A stretch of 64,000 nt of DNA from Candidatus Saccharimonadia bacterium (GTDB taxonomy: Bacteria; Patescibacteriota; Saccharimonadia; UBA4664). Below the pieces are notes generated by a model. The model searched no databases, was not told where the DNA came from, and saw only the letters and a list, made by a program, of their open reading frames with translations. This document shows, one piece after another, positions 37,529-46,506 of the stretch; position 1 is the stretch's first letter; every line of letters starts with the position of its first letter. The DNA lies in assembly GCA_041743505.1 (NCBI GenBank), contig JBGTMQ010000017.1:85368-149367 (forward strand), given 5' to 3'. The position numbers and the translations under genes are program-made.

Positions 37529-40051
37529 TTGTTGATTGTGTTTTTGGTGAATCACATCTGGGGGAGGGCAGCTAGACAATCGCTGTGGGCGATCCTGTTT
37601 GCTGTGCTCTTGTGCCTGGTGCCTCAAGCCGTTTCCGCCGCCGGCGAATCCTACACCTGGCAAGGCACAGGTGACGCCAGCATTGTAGCCTCCGGCGGTA
37701 ACTTCGGGGTCAATAAAACCACCTTCGCCAAGACCGCCGACGCCGGCGGAAGCGCCACCTTTACCGCCAACGCCACCTATGAATGTAGCGGCAAAACCGT
37801 CACCGGCCCGCTTACCATCACAGTGGCTGCCGACAAGTACAAAAAAGCCTACCCCACCGAAGGAAGCGTTACGGGCGCCGGCGCTGCCTGTGCCTTTACG
37901 GCCGCGGTAATCAGCAAAGCCAACGTCGATCAGGTCACCGGCCAGCCCGTCCCCGCCGCCGGCCAGGACCCACGGGAAAGCTGCGACCAAGGCGGGTTTA
38001 CCTGGCTGTTCTGCCCCGTCATCGACAATATATCCTCAGCCGTTGCCGGCCTGGCCCGGGACGTGCTGGGGCCCATGCTTGAGGTCAAACCAATCAGCCC
38101 AGAAACCACACCGGATCTCTACAAAACCTGGACTCATATCCGTGACTTTGCTGTAGTCCTGTTTATTCTCGTGTTTTTTGCCATTATCGGCGCCACACTC
38201 ATACAACAAGATATCGGCGGCTTCGACCAATATACCGTCAAAAAGATCTTGCCCCGACTGGTTATTGCCTCAATCATGGTACAGTTTAGCTTCCTCATCT
38301 CAGGCATTATTGTCGATATCGGAAATGTCCTTGGAGGTGGCATCGGCCACTTGCTGTCTGCGGTCACTGATCCATCCAAAGGCCCGGCCAGCTTCACCAA
38401 CCTGGTCGGCAACCTGGTCACCGGAAGTGTAGCCTCGGTTGCAGGACTGGGCGCCGTCGCCGTCCTGGCGTCGTGGACTGTCGCAATCCCTGTGCTGCTC
38501 GGCCTGCTCTTGAGCCTGCTGACCGTCTTCCTGACGCTTGGCGCCCGCTTCCTCATCCTGGCCGTCCTGATCGCCATCTCACCGATAGCCATGCTCGCCT
38601 GGGTCCTCCCGAACACTCGCGATTTTGCCGCCGCCTGGTTCGAGTTTTTCGTCCGGCTCGTCCTAATGTACCCGCTGGTTATCCTCATCATCTCCGTAGC
38701 CGGCATCGTCAACCAAATACTGCCGTTTAGTGGCGACACCGCCAATAGCGGCAGCGCAGCAGTCGCAGTAGCCCTCATCAAGCCGCTTGTCGTCATTGCC
38801 GCCTTCCTCATTATTCCCATCAGCTTCAAGCTCGCCGGGCTAGCCCTGAGCCGTATCCATGGCCTGCTCACCGGCGTTGCCCAACAGGGTAAAGGCCTCA
38901 TCAAGGGCAGCGATATGTACCAACGGGGCCTCGAGGACCGTCAGGGACGCAAGAATACCTACATGGGCCGCGTCCTCAACTCCAAAACCATCAGCTCACT
39001 CCAAAATAAGGGGCGCGGCGGCCAAGCAGTCGGCGGTTTCATGAGCGGCGCCGCCGCCGTAGCCTTAATGCGCGCCCCCGCCAGCAAAGCCGCTTTGCAA
39101 CGCAGTAACTCTGCACTAGTGGCCAAGCGGGAAAAGAATCTGACCGAAATCAAAGAGGCCCAAAACCCCAACAACCTCAAAGCCGCTTTAGCCGCCATGA
39201 ATGGCGACGAAAGCGCCCGGGCCAAGCTGCAAAGAACCGCTCCAGACTTACTCCGCCTGGCTTCAACCGCTTCCGGCCGCGAAGCCATGTTCAACCGCCT
39301 TCTCGCCACTGAGTTCGCCGACAGCAAAGACCTTGACCAGTTCCGCACAACCGCACCAAAACGCGGCCTCAAATACTTTGGTGTCACCGGTGATACATCC
39401 GCGGAATGGCGCTCCCTGCGTGACGCCGGCCAGGCCAAACGTAACCAGTTACCGACCATCGTACAGCGGCTCGAACAAGCCAAAACCTACGACGTGGTTG
39501 ACCGCGCCGGCAACACGCTCAAGACCATTTCCCGTGACATGGGCGCCGTTGATATGAATGGCGTCTCCAAGTCATTCGCCAAATACACCGCTGCCAAGCT
39601 GGCCGATGTCTCGCCGGATGTCTTTGAAATGATGACCGACACCGCCAACCCAATCGCCGCCATGGATGCTGCCGAGGCCATGGCCATTGGATTGGAGCCA
39701 CGGCAACTCGCCAAAGTCTTCGACCCCAATGACCGCAACCCGGCTCCCCCTGAGCGCAAGATCGCTATCGCTAAAGCTATGCGGGCCCAATATGAGAACG
39801 TCTGGAACACCAACGATGAATACCGCTCCACCTTCGACGCCATGCATCATCAATTGGTCCGCGACGACAAGCTTGGCGTCCAGCTAACCCGTACCGCCGG
39901 CGCCACCGAAACCCAGCTCCGTGCCCTCTCAAACGAAGGCCAATCCTACGTTGCCTCGCGCTGGCTCAAAGACAAGAACTTCAAGTACTCAGATCTAAGC
40001 GGCATGACCGTCGCCGACATCAACGCCGCCGGCCATGCCCTCCGGAGATAA
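37529..40051 (+). CDS. VirB6/TrbL-like polytopic T4SS membrane protein with long hydrophilic C-terminal extension (paralog A)
   Basis: TTG start (the exact start is uncertain). Signal peptide, then a Cys-containing exported segment (CDQGGFTWLFCPVIDN), at least 6 TM helices (DQYTVKKILPRLVIASIMVQFSFLISGIIVDIGN...), then a ~400-aa Ala/Lys-rich soluble tail. Confidence 0.55.
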   Translation: MLIVFLVNHIWGRAARQSLWAILFAVLLCLVPQAVSAAGESYTWQGTGDASIVASGGNFGVNKTTFAKTADAGGSATFTANATYECSGKTVTGPLTITVAADKYKKAYPTEGSVTGAGAACAFTAAVISKANVDQVTGQPVPAAGQDPRESCDQGGFTWLFCPVIDNISSAVAGLARDVLGPMLEVKPISPETTPDLYKTWTHIRDFAVVLFILVFFAIIGATLIQQDIGGFDQYTVKKILPRLVIASIMVQFSFLISGIIVDIGNVLGGGIGHLLSAVTDPSKGPASFTNLVGNLVTGSVASVAGLGAVAVLASWTVAIPVLLGLLLSLLTVFLTLGARFLILAVLIAISPIAMLAWVLPNTRDFAAAWFEFFVRLVLMYPLVILIISVAGIVNQILPFSGDTANSGSAAVAVALIKPLVVIAAFLIIPISFKLAGLALSRIHGLLTGVAQQGKGLIKGSDMYQRGLEDRQGRKNTYMGRVLNSKTISSLQNKGRGGQAVGGFMSGAAAVALMRAPASKAALQRSNSALVAKREKNLTEIKEAQNPNNLKAALAAMNGDESARAKLQRTAPDLLRLASTASGREAMFNRLLATEFADSKDLDQFRTTAPKRGLKYFGVTGDTSAEWRSLRDAGQAKRNQLPTIVQRLEQAKTYDVVDRAGNTLKTISRDMGAVDMNGVSKSFAKYTAAKLADVSPDVFEMMTDTANPIAAMDAAEAMAIGLEPRQLAKVFDPNDRNPAPPERKIAIAKAMRAQYENVWNTNDEYRSTFDAMHHQLVRDDKLGVQLTRTAGATETQLRALSNEGQSYVASRWLKDKNFKYSDLSGMTVADINAAGHALRR

Positions 40052-40084
40052 AACTGCTCACCAGAGCCACAAACCACAAGCAGT

Positions 40085-40113
40085 TTGACATTTTTGTAGG
40101 CTTGGTGTATAAT
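40085..40113 (+). promoter_or_regulatory. consensus sigma70 promoter
   Basis: TTGACA-17 nt-TATAAT read directly in the sequence, about 100 nt upstream of the 40212 gene. Confidence 0.6.
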
Positions 40114-40211
40114 GTAGTTATGATTTGGAAGCAATACTAAAACTCCAAATCTGTTGATCCGGCATCCGCTGGATTTGACAACTCACGAGACATAGCCCGA
40201 GGGGGGCCGAA

Positions 40212-40907
40212 ATGTCTGCACCACTGAAGGACCAGCCACGGCTATACGAGACGCCGGCCTCACCGCCGGCTCGCGACAAGTTCCGGCACCGTCACCCAGT
40301 TATCTTCTGGGGCTTGATCTTAAGCCCGGTGCCATTACTTATCATTGCCTTCATGGCATTGGTACTACTGGCCAGCGCGCTGCCTGATGTCCCATCCGCG
40401 GCATCACCAGCTCCCGGCAGCATCAGCTCCACCCAGGGACAGGTAACCGCGCCGGCGCCACAGCGGGCCGACCCCACCAAGCAATACGATCTGTCCACGC
40501 CCACGGGTAAGATCGCGGCCTCAGATGCAATTGTGGCCATGGGCCCGCTCAAGACTGAATACTACCTCGATGCTACCGCCAGCGAGGTCGAAATCCGGGA
40601 CTGGGTCATAGACGTCGTGTTCATGCACTGCAACCCTTCAAACCGCTTTACCCGGTTTGACCTTCTGGCGCCGAACATCATTGCCGATCCCGTCCCCGGG
40701 AATTCGGTATATGATCTCTTCGACAACTGTGCCACTATCGGCACTCCAACCACGCAGTACCAGTACATGCTCAACCCCGTTCCAAATAAACCGGTCCGCC
40801 AGTACGACTGGGTCCTGGTCCGCCCGGGTCAACCGGACACCATGGCCACCGTACACCTCACCTGGAGGTCTGACCATTGGCTCATCACGGCAGTCAGCCC
40901 CCACTGA
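40212..40907 (+). CDS. hypothetical bitopic membrane protein (VirB8-like topology)
   Basis: 231 aa. Short cytoplasmic N-terminus, one TM helix, ~160-aa extracytoplasmic domain. The size and topology resemble VirB8, but no sequence motif confirms it. Confidence 0.4.
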   Translation: MSAPLKDQPRLYETPASPPARDKFRHRHPVIFWGLILSPVPLLIIAFMALVLLASALPDVPSAASPAPGSISSTQGQVTAPAPQRADPTKQYDLSTPTGKIAASDAIVAMGPLKTEYYLDATASEVEIRDWVIDVVFMHCNPSNRFTRFDLLAPNIIADPVPGNSVYDLFDNCATIGTPTTQYQYMLNPVPNKPVRQYDWVLVRPGQPDTMATVHLTWRSDHWLITAVSPH

Positions 40908-41013
40908 CCAGTCCGCGAAACAGCCCGCCCTAGCGACGTAGATACCCATCTACGGAGCTAGGGCATTTTTTGTTTTGATACATTGATTCCGCTCATGCTA
41001 AAATCGAGTCATC

Positions 41014-43716
41014 ATGGTGGATCAAACAGCAGCGGGCAAGCGCTTTATGAACCAGCGGTCTTCCGTCTGGCAACGAACCGTTTTTGGCCTCGCGCTAATC
41101 GCCGTCAGCCTCCTTGGCAACCTGCTGCTCATTGCCACAGCTTCGGCCGCCCCCGGCCGCCCCGAGGTCTACACGAAAATCAGCGAAGACGTCATTGCAG
41201 TCACAGGCGGCTATTTCGTAGACAAAACCTACAACCTTACGAAAATTCCAGGCACAAATAACTACCGGGGCGGTGTCCATGCCCCGGAATTTGACTATCC
41301 GTTCGCCAAATGTCTCTTTAGACACACCATCAACGTCGACGACGCCAATCCCCACAAAGGTGTAGTTGAAATCGAAACGGGCTTCGGAAACGGCAGCAAC
41401 TGTACCACCCAGCCTGAGAACTTTGAATGGGGCCCCGTCATCATCGCCCAGCCAGGTCAAACCCAAGAACAAGCCGCCGCTGCCGCCGGTGGTGGCGGTG
41501 CCGCCGGAGCCAATGAAATCGTAGCCACCTGCGACGCCGGCGCCTTCACCTGGCTCCTCTGCCCATTCATCGTCATCGCCCAAGACGGTGTCCGGATCCT
41601 CCAGGGCTGGGTCGAAAACGTCCTCGTCGTCACCCCGTTCAATACCAGCTCCCCGCTCTATTCCGCCTGGTCCGCCTTCCGCAACCTGGCCGACGTCTTC
41701 TTCGTCCTCATTTTCTTCGTCATCATCTTTGGCACCGGCCTCGGTCTAGACAACTACACTGTCAAAAAGATCCTGCCACGCTTAATAGCTGCCGCCATCC
41801 TCGTCCAATTTTCATACATCCTCTCCAGTATCGCCGTCGATTTCTCTAACATACTAGGTCTCGGTTTAAGCCAACTTGTTGCGTCAGCTGTGCCCGCCCA
41901 GTTTAACGCCGAGAAGAGTACCTATCTCCAGGTTGCTGCCCCCATTGCCGGCCTTCTAACCCTTGGTGTGGCCGGCGGAACCATTATCGCCATTGGCGCA
42001 CTGGTACCCGTTATGCTAGCTCTCGCTTCTGCATTCCTATCAATGCTAGCAGTCTTCGTCACGCTCGAGATCCGGCTTATCCTCATCAACTTCCTGGTTG
42101 TTATCTCCCCATTCGCCTTTGTATTCTGGGTACTACCCAACACCCAGCAGTATTTCAAAATGTGGTGGGAATATTTCAGCAAACTCCTTTTAATGTTCCC
42201 AATCATCATGCTCATGTTCACCGCCGCCAACCTGTTCAACCAAGTCACCATCACCACCAACACCGGCGACTTTAACGGCGACATAGCCAAAAACATCATT
42301 GCCTCCCTCCTGCCAATCTTCGTCTTCTTCCTCGTACCAGCCACCTTTAAACTCGCCGGCAGCGCCCTAGCCTTCGGCCATGGCTTAGTCACCCGAGCCG
42401 GCGGCGGTACCAACAAGGGCCTCCAAAGTGCCTTCTGGGGCAAGGATCAGCAGGAACGAAGCAAGCTTAAAGGTCAACAGAAACTTATGAATTTACGAGA
42501 CCAAGGACCTGCTAGCACCCGACTAGGTCGGTTTGCGCAAAACGCACAAAAACAAGCCGCTCAAAAACGTTCAGGATTCGGGTTTGGTGCCGATAAAGGC
42601 TTAAAGGGGCTTCAAATGAACCGAGCCCTCGATAAAACCGCCAGCGAACTCGCCCAATCGGCAGCAACAAAGGACTTCCACGCCCAGTACGGCAAACAAA
42701 CCTATGCGAATACTATGGCAAACCGCAAAGCAGCCGAAATGGACAAAATGCTCACTCAAAGCGCAAACGAAGCCTTCCTGAATCAAGAAGTAGATGTTGG
42801 AGGGGTCAATCTAAAAATTAAAGATGTCAACCTAAACGAAAGCGGCATCAAATCACTGAAGGACAAGGTTAAATCAGCCCTCAGTGACGGCGACCACGCT
42901 ACAGCTATAGCCGCCATGACAAAGCTCAGTCAATCGCAAAGCGGCGAAGACGCACTACAACAGCTTCGGGCAGATCCAAATGTATTCGGAGGCACAGACA
43001 CTGAACCTGTAATAAATAAGTTAAAAGATGTTTGGTCAAAAGGCACTGCAAACGCCAAAAGTCCTGACTTTAAAAAACCACCACAGAATGCCTGGAGCGA
43101 CCTAAGCCAAGAAGAAATAACAAGCATGAGCAATAAACAAGTAAATCGTGCTCTTGAGTATTACAATCGGAACGCTAGTGATCCAAAAGCACAAAAAGCT
43201 GCCAAACAATTTAGCGATAACTTCCAGAAAATACTTGCTAACCCTAACACCGCCAGCAAAATTAATCCGGATAGTGTTGATGCCGTCCAAAATTATCAGT
43301 GGGCCAAAGACACGACTACCGGCAAAGTCCTTACAGGGACTCCGCATCAAGACAGAACAGTATTTAGTAGCACCTCAGACTACCAGGCAGCAGCACATGC
43401 AGCTTCGTTATATACCAAACCGGGTTCAGCCACACCACCCCCAGCACAACCAGCCCCTCAGCCCGCAGCTCCACCACCACAACCAACTCCAACTCCGCTT
43501 ACACAACCAACCGTCAACGTAAATGTCCAGCCGACAAAGCCGACTATCATAACCGCTCCTCGCGCCGGTACACAGTTCCAACAGCCAACTCCTGGCTCCC
43601 TCTACGTCCCGAGCTCATACCAACCACCAACCACCAACCCGCGGCCACCCAAGGTTGATGTTGCCGTCGAAGAACACCGTGACGATCAAATCGGTGACGA
43701 CCGTAGTATCAGCTAA
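41014..43716 (+). CDS. VirB6/TrbL-like polytopic T4SS membrane protein with long hydrophilic C-terminal extension (paralog B)
   Basis: Paralog of 37529..40051 (CDAGAFTWLLCPFIV...; DNYTVKKILPRLIAAAILVQFSYILSSIAVDFSN...). 900 aa, with a Pro/Gln/Thr-rich C-terminus. Alternative start at Met 41047. Confidence 0.55.
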   Translation: MVDQTAAGKRFMNQRSSVWQRTVFGLALIAVSLLGNLLLIATASAAPGRPEVYTKISEDVIAVTGGYFVDKTYNLTKIPGTNNYRGGVHAPEFDYPFAKCLFRHTINVDDANPHKGVVEIETGFGNGSNCTTQPENFEWGPVIIAQPGQTQEQAAAAAGGGGAAGANEIVATCDAGAFTWLLCPFIVIAQDGVRILQGWVENVLVVTPFNTSSPLYSAWSAFRNLADVFFVLIFFVIIFGTGLGLDNYTVKKILPRLIAAAILVQFSYILSSIAVDFSNILGLGLSQLVASAVPAQFNAEKSTYLQVAAPIAGLLTLGVAGGTIIAIGALVPVMLALASAFLSMLAVFVTLEIRLILINFLVVISPFAFVFWVLPNTQQYFKMWWEYFSKLLLMFPIIMLMFTAANLFNQVTITTNTGDFNGDIAKNIIASLLPIFVFFLVPATFKLAGSALAFGHGLVTRAGGGTNKGLQSAFWGKDQQERSKLKGQQKLMNLRDQGPASTRLGRFAQNAQKQAAQKRSGFGFGADKGLKGLQMNRALDKTASELAQSAATKDFHAQYGKQTYANTMANRKAAEMDKMLTQSANEAFLNQEVDVGGVNLKIKDVNLNESGIKSLKDKVKSALSDGDHATAIAAMTKLSQSQSGEDALQQLRADPNVFGGTDTEPVINKLKDVWSKGTANAKSPDFKKPPQNAWSDLSQEEITSMSNKQVNRALEYYNRNASDPKAQKAAKQFSDNFQKILANPNTASKINPDSVDAVQNYQWAKDTTTGKVLTGTPHQDRTVFSSTSDYQAAAHAASLYTKPGSATPPPAQPAPQPAAPPPQPTPTPLTQPTVNVNVQPTKPTIITAPRAGTQFQQPTPGSLYVPSSYQPPTTNPRPPKVDVAVEEHRDDQIGDDRSIS

Positions 43717-43739
43717 CAATCCCCCGACAACTTGCTTAC

Positions 43740-43768
43740 TTGCTAATTATTAGTAAATATGCTATAAT
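43740..43768 (+). promoter_or_regulatory. sigma70 promoter with extended -10
   Basis: TTGCTA-17-TGcTATAAT upstream of the 43846 gene. Confidence 0.55.
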
Positions 43769-43845
43769 AAATAATCTATTTGTGCTTCTTTTTTATATGA
43801 ACACATATAGCGCCCCCGACAGCCTCGACAAGACAGGAAAAGCTA

Positions 43846-44532
43846 ATGAGCAAGCAAGGTTGGGAAGCGTACAAAGCAGACGCCCTCAAGCGGCTTGAAG
43901 GTCGTGACGTACAAGCGCCGAGTCAACCAACCCAGACGCTGGGTCAGACACCTCAAGCGCCAACGACTGCACAGGCACCAACTGCTGAGTTTGATCCTGC
44001 GGCAGCATTCCGCGCACACCAAGCCACCGAGCAAACACGTCAACGTGAGCTCGCACAACAGCACGCAGCAGAACGTGAGCTTACTCAAACAAGAGCCCGA
44101 GAGCTTTCAGCTTTCATCGAACGCCTTCGGATGCTCCTGTCCAAAAAAGGCTCACCTGGGCTAACAAGCTTCGAGATTCAGTTAACATATTCCATGTATG
44201 AACCAGCGGTACGGCGAAGGAGTGGTCGTATAATTTCTCCCGAAAAAGAAACACCCCCGACATATCGGACAGAATGGGGCTGGGAGATTGCAAGTATTCA
44301 AGGCCCCGGTGACTATATCTCGTCGCCTCGTTATAATCTCATGCTCTGTAGAGATGGAGCACTATGGGTTACTCTTGGAGCTAGAACATACCTCGATATA
44401 AGTGACGAAACCGGCAATTTCACCCTGACTTGCCGACAAACATCACTTTCACTAGCTAGGCTAGAAGCCGACATCATTCCGGGAGTGGCGAGGTTAGTTG
44501 ATAACCTCAATCTCCAGTGGGATGGCAACTAG
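43846..44532 (+). CDS. hypothetical protein, cassette paralog 1 (candidate T4SS-associated substrate)
   Basis: 228 aa. N-terminus MSKQGWEAYKADALKRLEGR, then a Q/P/T-rich low-complexity segment, a coiled coil, and a C-terminal globular domain (TEWGW.IA...NLMLC.DG.LWVTLG...DIIPGV.RL...L.WDGN). No signal peptide. Confidence 0.5.
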   Translation: MSKQGWEAYKADALKRLEGRDVQAPSQPTQTLGQTPQAPTTAQAPTAEFDPAAAFRAHQATEQTRQRELAQQHAAERELTQTRARELSAFIERLRMLLSKKGSPGLTSFEIQLTYSMYEPAVRRRSGRIISPEKETPPTYRTEWGWEIASIQGPGDYISSPRYNLMLCRDGALWVTLGARTYLDISDETGNFTLTCRQTSLSLARLEADIIPGVARLVDNLNLQWDGN

Positions 44533-44540
44533 CTGTCCAC

Positions 44541-44575
44541 CCCGCCCCTTGCGAACTGCAGGGGGTCTTATTATT
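44541..44575 (+). terminator. conserved terminator element, copy 1
   Basis: CCACCCCGCCCCTTGCGAACTGCAGGGGGTCTTATTATTT: stem CCCCTTGC/GCAGGGGG plus a T-run. Confidence 0.6.
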
Positions 44576-44630
44576 TACCAATAAATGCTCCGCAAAGCCG
44601 CTGTTTGTGGGCGAATTCCTTCTTACACGC

Positions 44631-44659
44631 TTGCAAGAATTGCAGAAATATGTTATAAT
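44631..44659 (+). promoter_or_regulatory. sigma70 promoter with extended -10
   Basis: TTGCAA-17-TGtTATAAT. The -10 region ATGTTATAATTAACTAT is nearly identical to the one at 32421..32437. Confidence 0.55.
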
Positions 44660-44722
44660 TAACTATCTATCACTCTCCTGAGTTGTTAGTGCACCAACTT
44701 CCGCTACAGACAGGACAACCCG

Positions 44723-45388
44723 ATGAGCAAGCAAGGCTGGGAATCGTACGTACAAGATGCCCTCAAGCGACTCAAAGCACGTCAGGCGCCTACAACAAGT
44801 CAACCAACCCAACTGGCTCAGCCTAGCCAGCCAGCTTCAACATCTAGGGACCCTGCAACCCAACTTCGAGCACATCAAGCTGAAATGCAAACTCGTCAAC
44901 GTGAGGAAACGAAACGCCAAGCGACCGAGCTCCTAGAAGCTGAGCAAGAAAACCAAGAGCTGGCAGCCTTCCTAGAACGGCTTCAACGCTTTTTGTTGAA
45001 GCACAACTCACCAGGACTATCAAGCTTCAGTATTCAAACTGGCGGCCACGAAAATAAGAAACTACCTTCAGAGCCCACGGGTCCGCTAGCCGGACGGAGG
45101 AAAGAAGATACAACTTACTCGGTGCCAATAAGCCGAACTGAATGGGGTTGGCAAATAGCCACCCAGAGAGATAGCAGTGGCGAGTCACCAAATACCAACC
45201 TCATGTTGTGTCAGGACGGAACACTTTGGGTTACGCTCGGGTCTACCGTCTACTTTGATGGTTCAGATGGAACCGGCCGGCACACTCTAGGCCACAAAAC
45301 AATTGACACGGTCGGTCTATACATCGATATCATCCCTGGCGTCACCCGACTCCTAAGCGAGCTCGGTCTAGAGTGGGATGGCAACTAA
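44723..45388 (+). CDS. hypothetical protein, cassette paralog 2
   Basis: 221 aa, same architecture as 43846..44532 (MSKQGWESYVQDALKRLKAR...TEWGWQIA...NLMLCQDGTLWVTLG...DIIPGVTRL...LEWDGN). Confidence 0.5.
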   Translation: MSKQGWESYVQDALKRLKARQAPTTSQPTQLAQPSQPASTSRDPATQLRAHQAEMQTRQREETKRQATELLEAEQENQELAAFLERLQRFLLKHNSPGLSSFSIQTGGHENKKLPSEPTGPLAGRRKEDTTYSVPISRTEWGWQIATQRDSSGESPNTNLMLCQDGTLWVTLGSTVYFDGSDGTGRHTLGHKTIDTVGLYIDIIPGVTRLLSELGLEWDGN

Positions 45389-45398
45389 CCCATCAGCC

Positions 45399-45432
45399 CC
45401 GCCCCCTGCGAAACTGCAGGGGGTCTTTTTAA
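45399..45432 (+). terminator. conserved terminator element, copy 2
   Basis: CAGCCCCGCCCCCTGCGAAACTGCAGGGGGTCTTTTT. Confidence 0.6.
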
Positions 45433-45452
45433 TAAAAACATACGCGTAAAGA

Positions 45453-45481
45453 TTGACAAAATATTAAATACAATATATAAT
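45453..45481 (+). promoter_or_regulatory. consensus sigma70 promoter
   Basis: TTGACA-17-TATAAT upstream of the 45578 gene. Confidence 0.6.
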
Positions 45482-45577
45482 ATAGGATTCAACAACTGCA
45501 TTAGCCGTACCGCCGCCTGCAGCAAGACGAAACTTTTCATCGATACCGATAACACCTCCGATCTGAAAGGCTAAATC

Positions 45578-46240
45578 ATGTGGCCCTTCCGTAACCGACG
45601 AACCAGAATGCAGCCCACTACAGACAAAGGCGAACCAACGAGCTTGATGGGCTGGAGAAGCAACCGTGCCAAGCGAATCGCAGAGGTACAAGCACGAACC
45701 GCCGAAAGACGCAAGCGAACCGCAGAAGTACAAGCACGAACCCTTGCAAGACTACGTCGAACCTTGGGTCCTCAGAGTGTATCAACTGACTCTGCTACAT
45801 CCAATCTTGCATCCACTGGCTCCTCAAATACGACCGACACAGTCAGCGTATTCGATCGGGCGAAGCAAGCCGCTCAAGCGGACGACGCTGCTAGCACTCA
45901 GATTGCTGCTGCTCGCTATCAGGAAGACGCGGATGCCGTTCAAGCAGCAGCCGCTGATTGGTTTATCCGCATGGGCGTGAGGCCAGTACCGGTAACAACC
46001 GGCAGAGGCGGGGGAGTAGATGTAGAATTTCTCACCGCTTACTGGGAACTAGAAGGACGGAGCTTCCGGGGTACTATGTTACTAACCGGCAGTGGCTCTT
46101 ATGGAACCCTCAGGGTTGAGATCAAAGTAGAGCCAGTATGGTGCAGCTATCCAAAAGGTCGCTGTCAATACTGCCCTCACGAAAGCTGGAGAGATGCAAA
46201 CAACTTGACGGAGTTAGGTCTAGCTCTCCGTAGTTCTTAA
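45578..46240 (+). CDS. hypothetical protein, cassette gene 3 (basic N-terminus with tandem repeat)
   Basis: 220 aa. N-terminal Arg-rich segment with a ~39-nt DNA tandem repeat (AEVQARTAERRKR / AEVQARTLARLRR). Unrelated to paralogs 1 and 2 but flanked by the same promoter and terminator architecture. Confidence 0.45.
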   Translation: MWPFRNRRTRMQPTTDKGEPTSLMGWRSNRAKRIAEVQARTAERRKRTAEVQARTLARLRRTLGPQSVSTDSATSNLASTGSSNTTDTVSVFDRAKQAAQADDAASTQIAAARYQEDADAVQAAAADWFIRMGVRPVPVTTGRGGGVDVEFLTAYWELEGRSFRGTMLLTGSGSYGTLRVEIKVEPVWCSYPKGRCQYCPHESWRDANNLTELGLALRSS

Positions 46241-46249
46241 CCCGTCCAC

Positions 46250-46287
46250 CCCCGCCCCTTGCGAAACTGCAAGGGGCCTTCTTTTTA
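46250..46287 (+). terminator. conserved terminator element, copy 3
   Basis: CCACCCCCGCCCCTTGCGAAACTGCAAGGGGCCTTCTTTTT. Confidence 0.6.
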
Positions 46288-46405
46288 CCCAAATATTGAA
46301 ATGTTCCGGTTCACAGATTCGTATATTTAGCATAACCATTCGCAATAAATGGCACTTTATCGCTACTCCATTTGCAATAATAGGAAAATTTACCCCCAAA
46401 ATCAC

Positions 46406-46434
46406 TTGCCCCCACAGCAATCTGGCGATACAAT
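46406..46434 (+). promoter_or_regulatory. sigma70-like promoter upstream of the virB3/virB4-like operon
   Basis: TTGCCC-17-TACAAT. Preceded by direct repeats ATTCGCAATAAATGG / ATTTGCAATAATAGG. Confidence 0.4.
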
Positions 46435-46506
46435 GACCCATTCGCTTGGAGTCGAAGGCGATATAGCGTAAGCTTATTACAAGTAGTGGTGTGAGTTCAG
46501 GAGCCA

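Noticed and set aside
45464-45733. Minus-strand 89-aa ORF
   Set aside because: It covers the consensus promoter and 5' end of the plus-strand cassette gene 3, so it is an antisense artefact.
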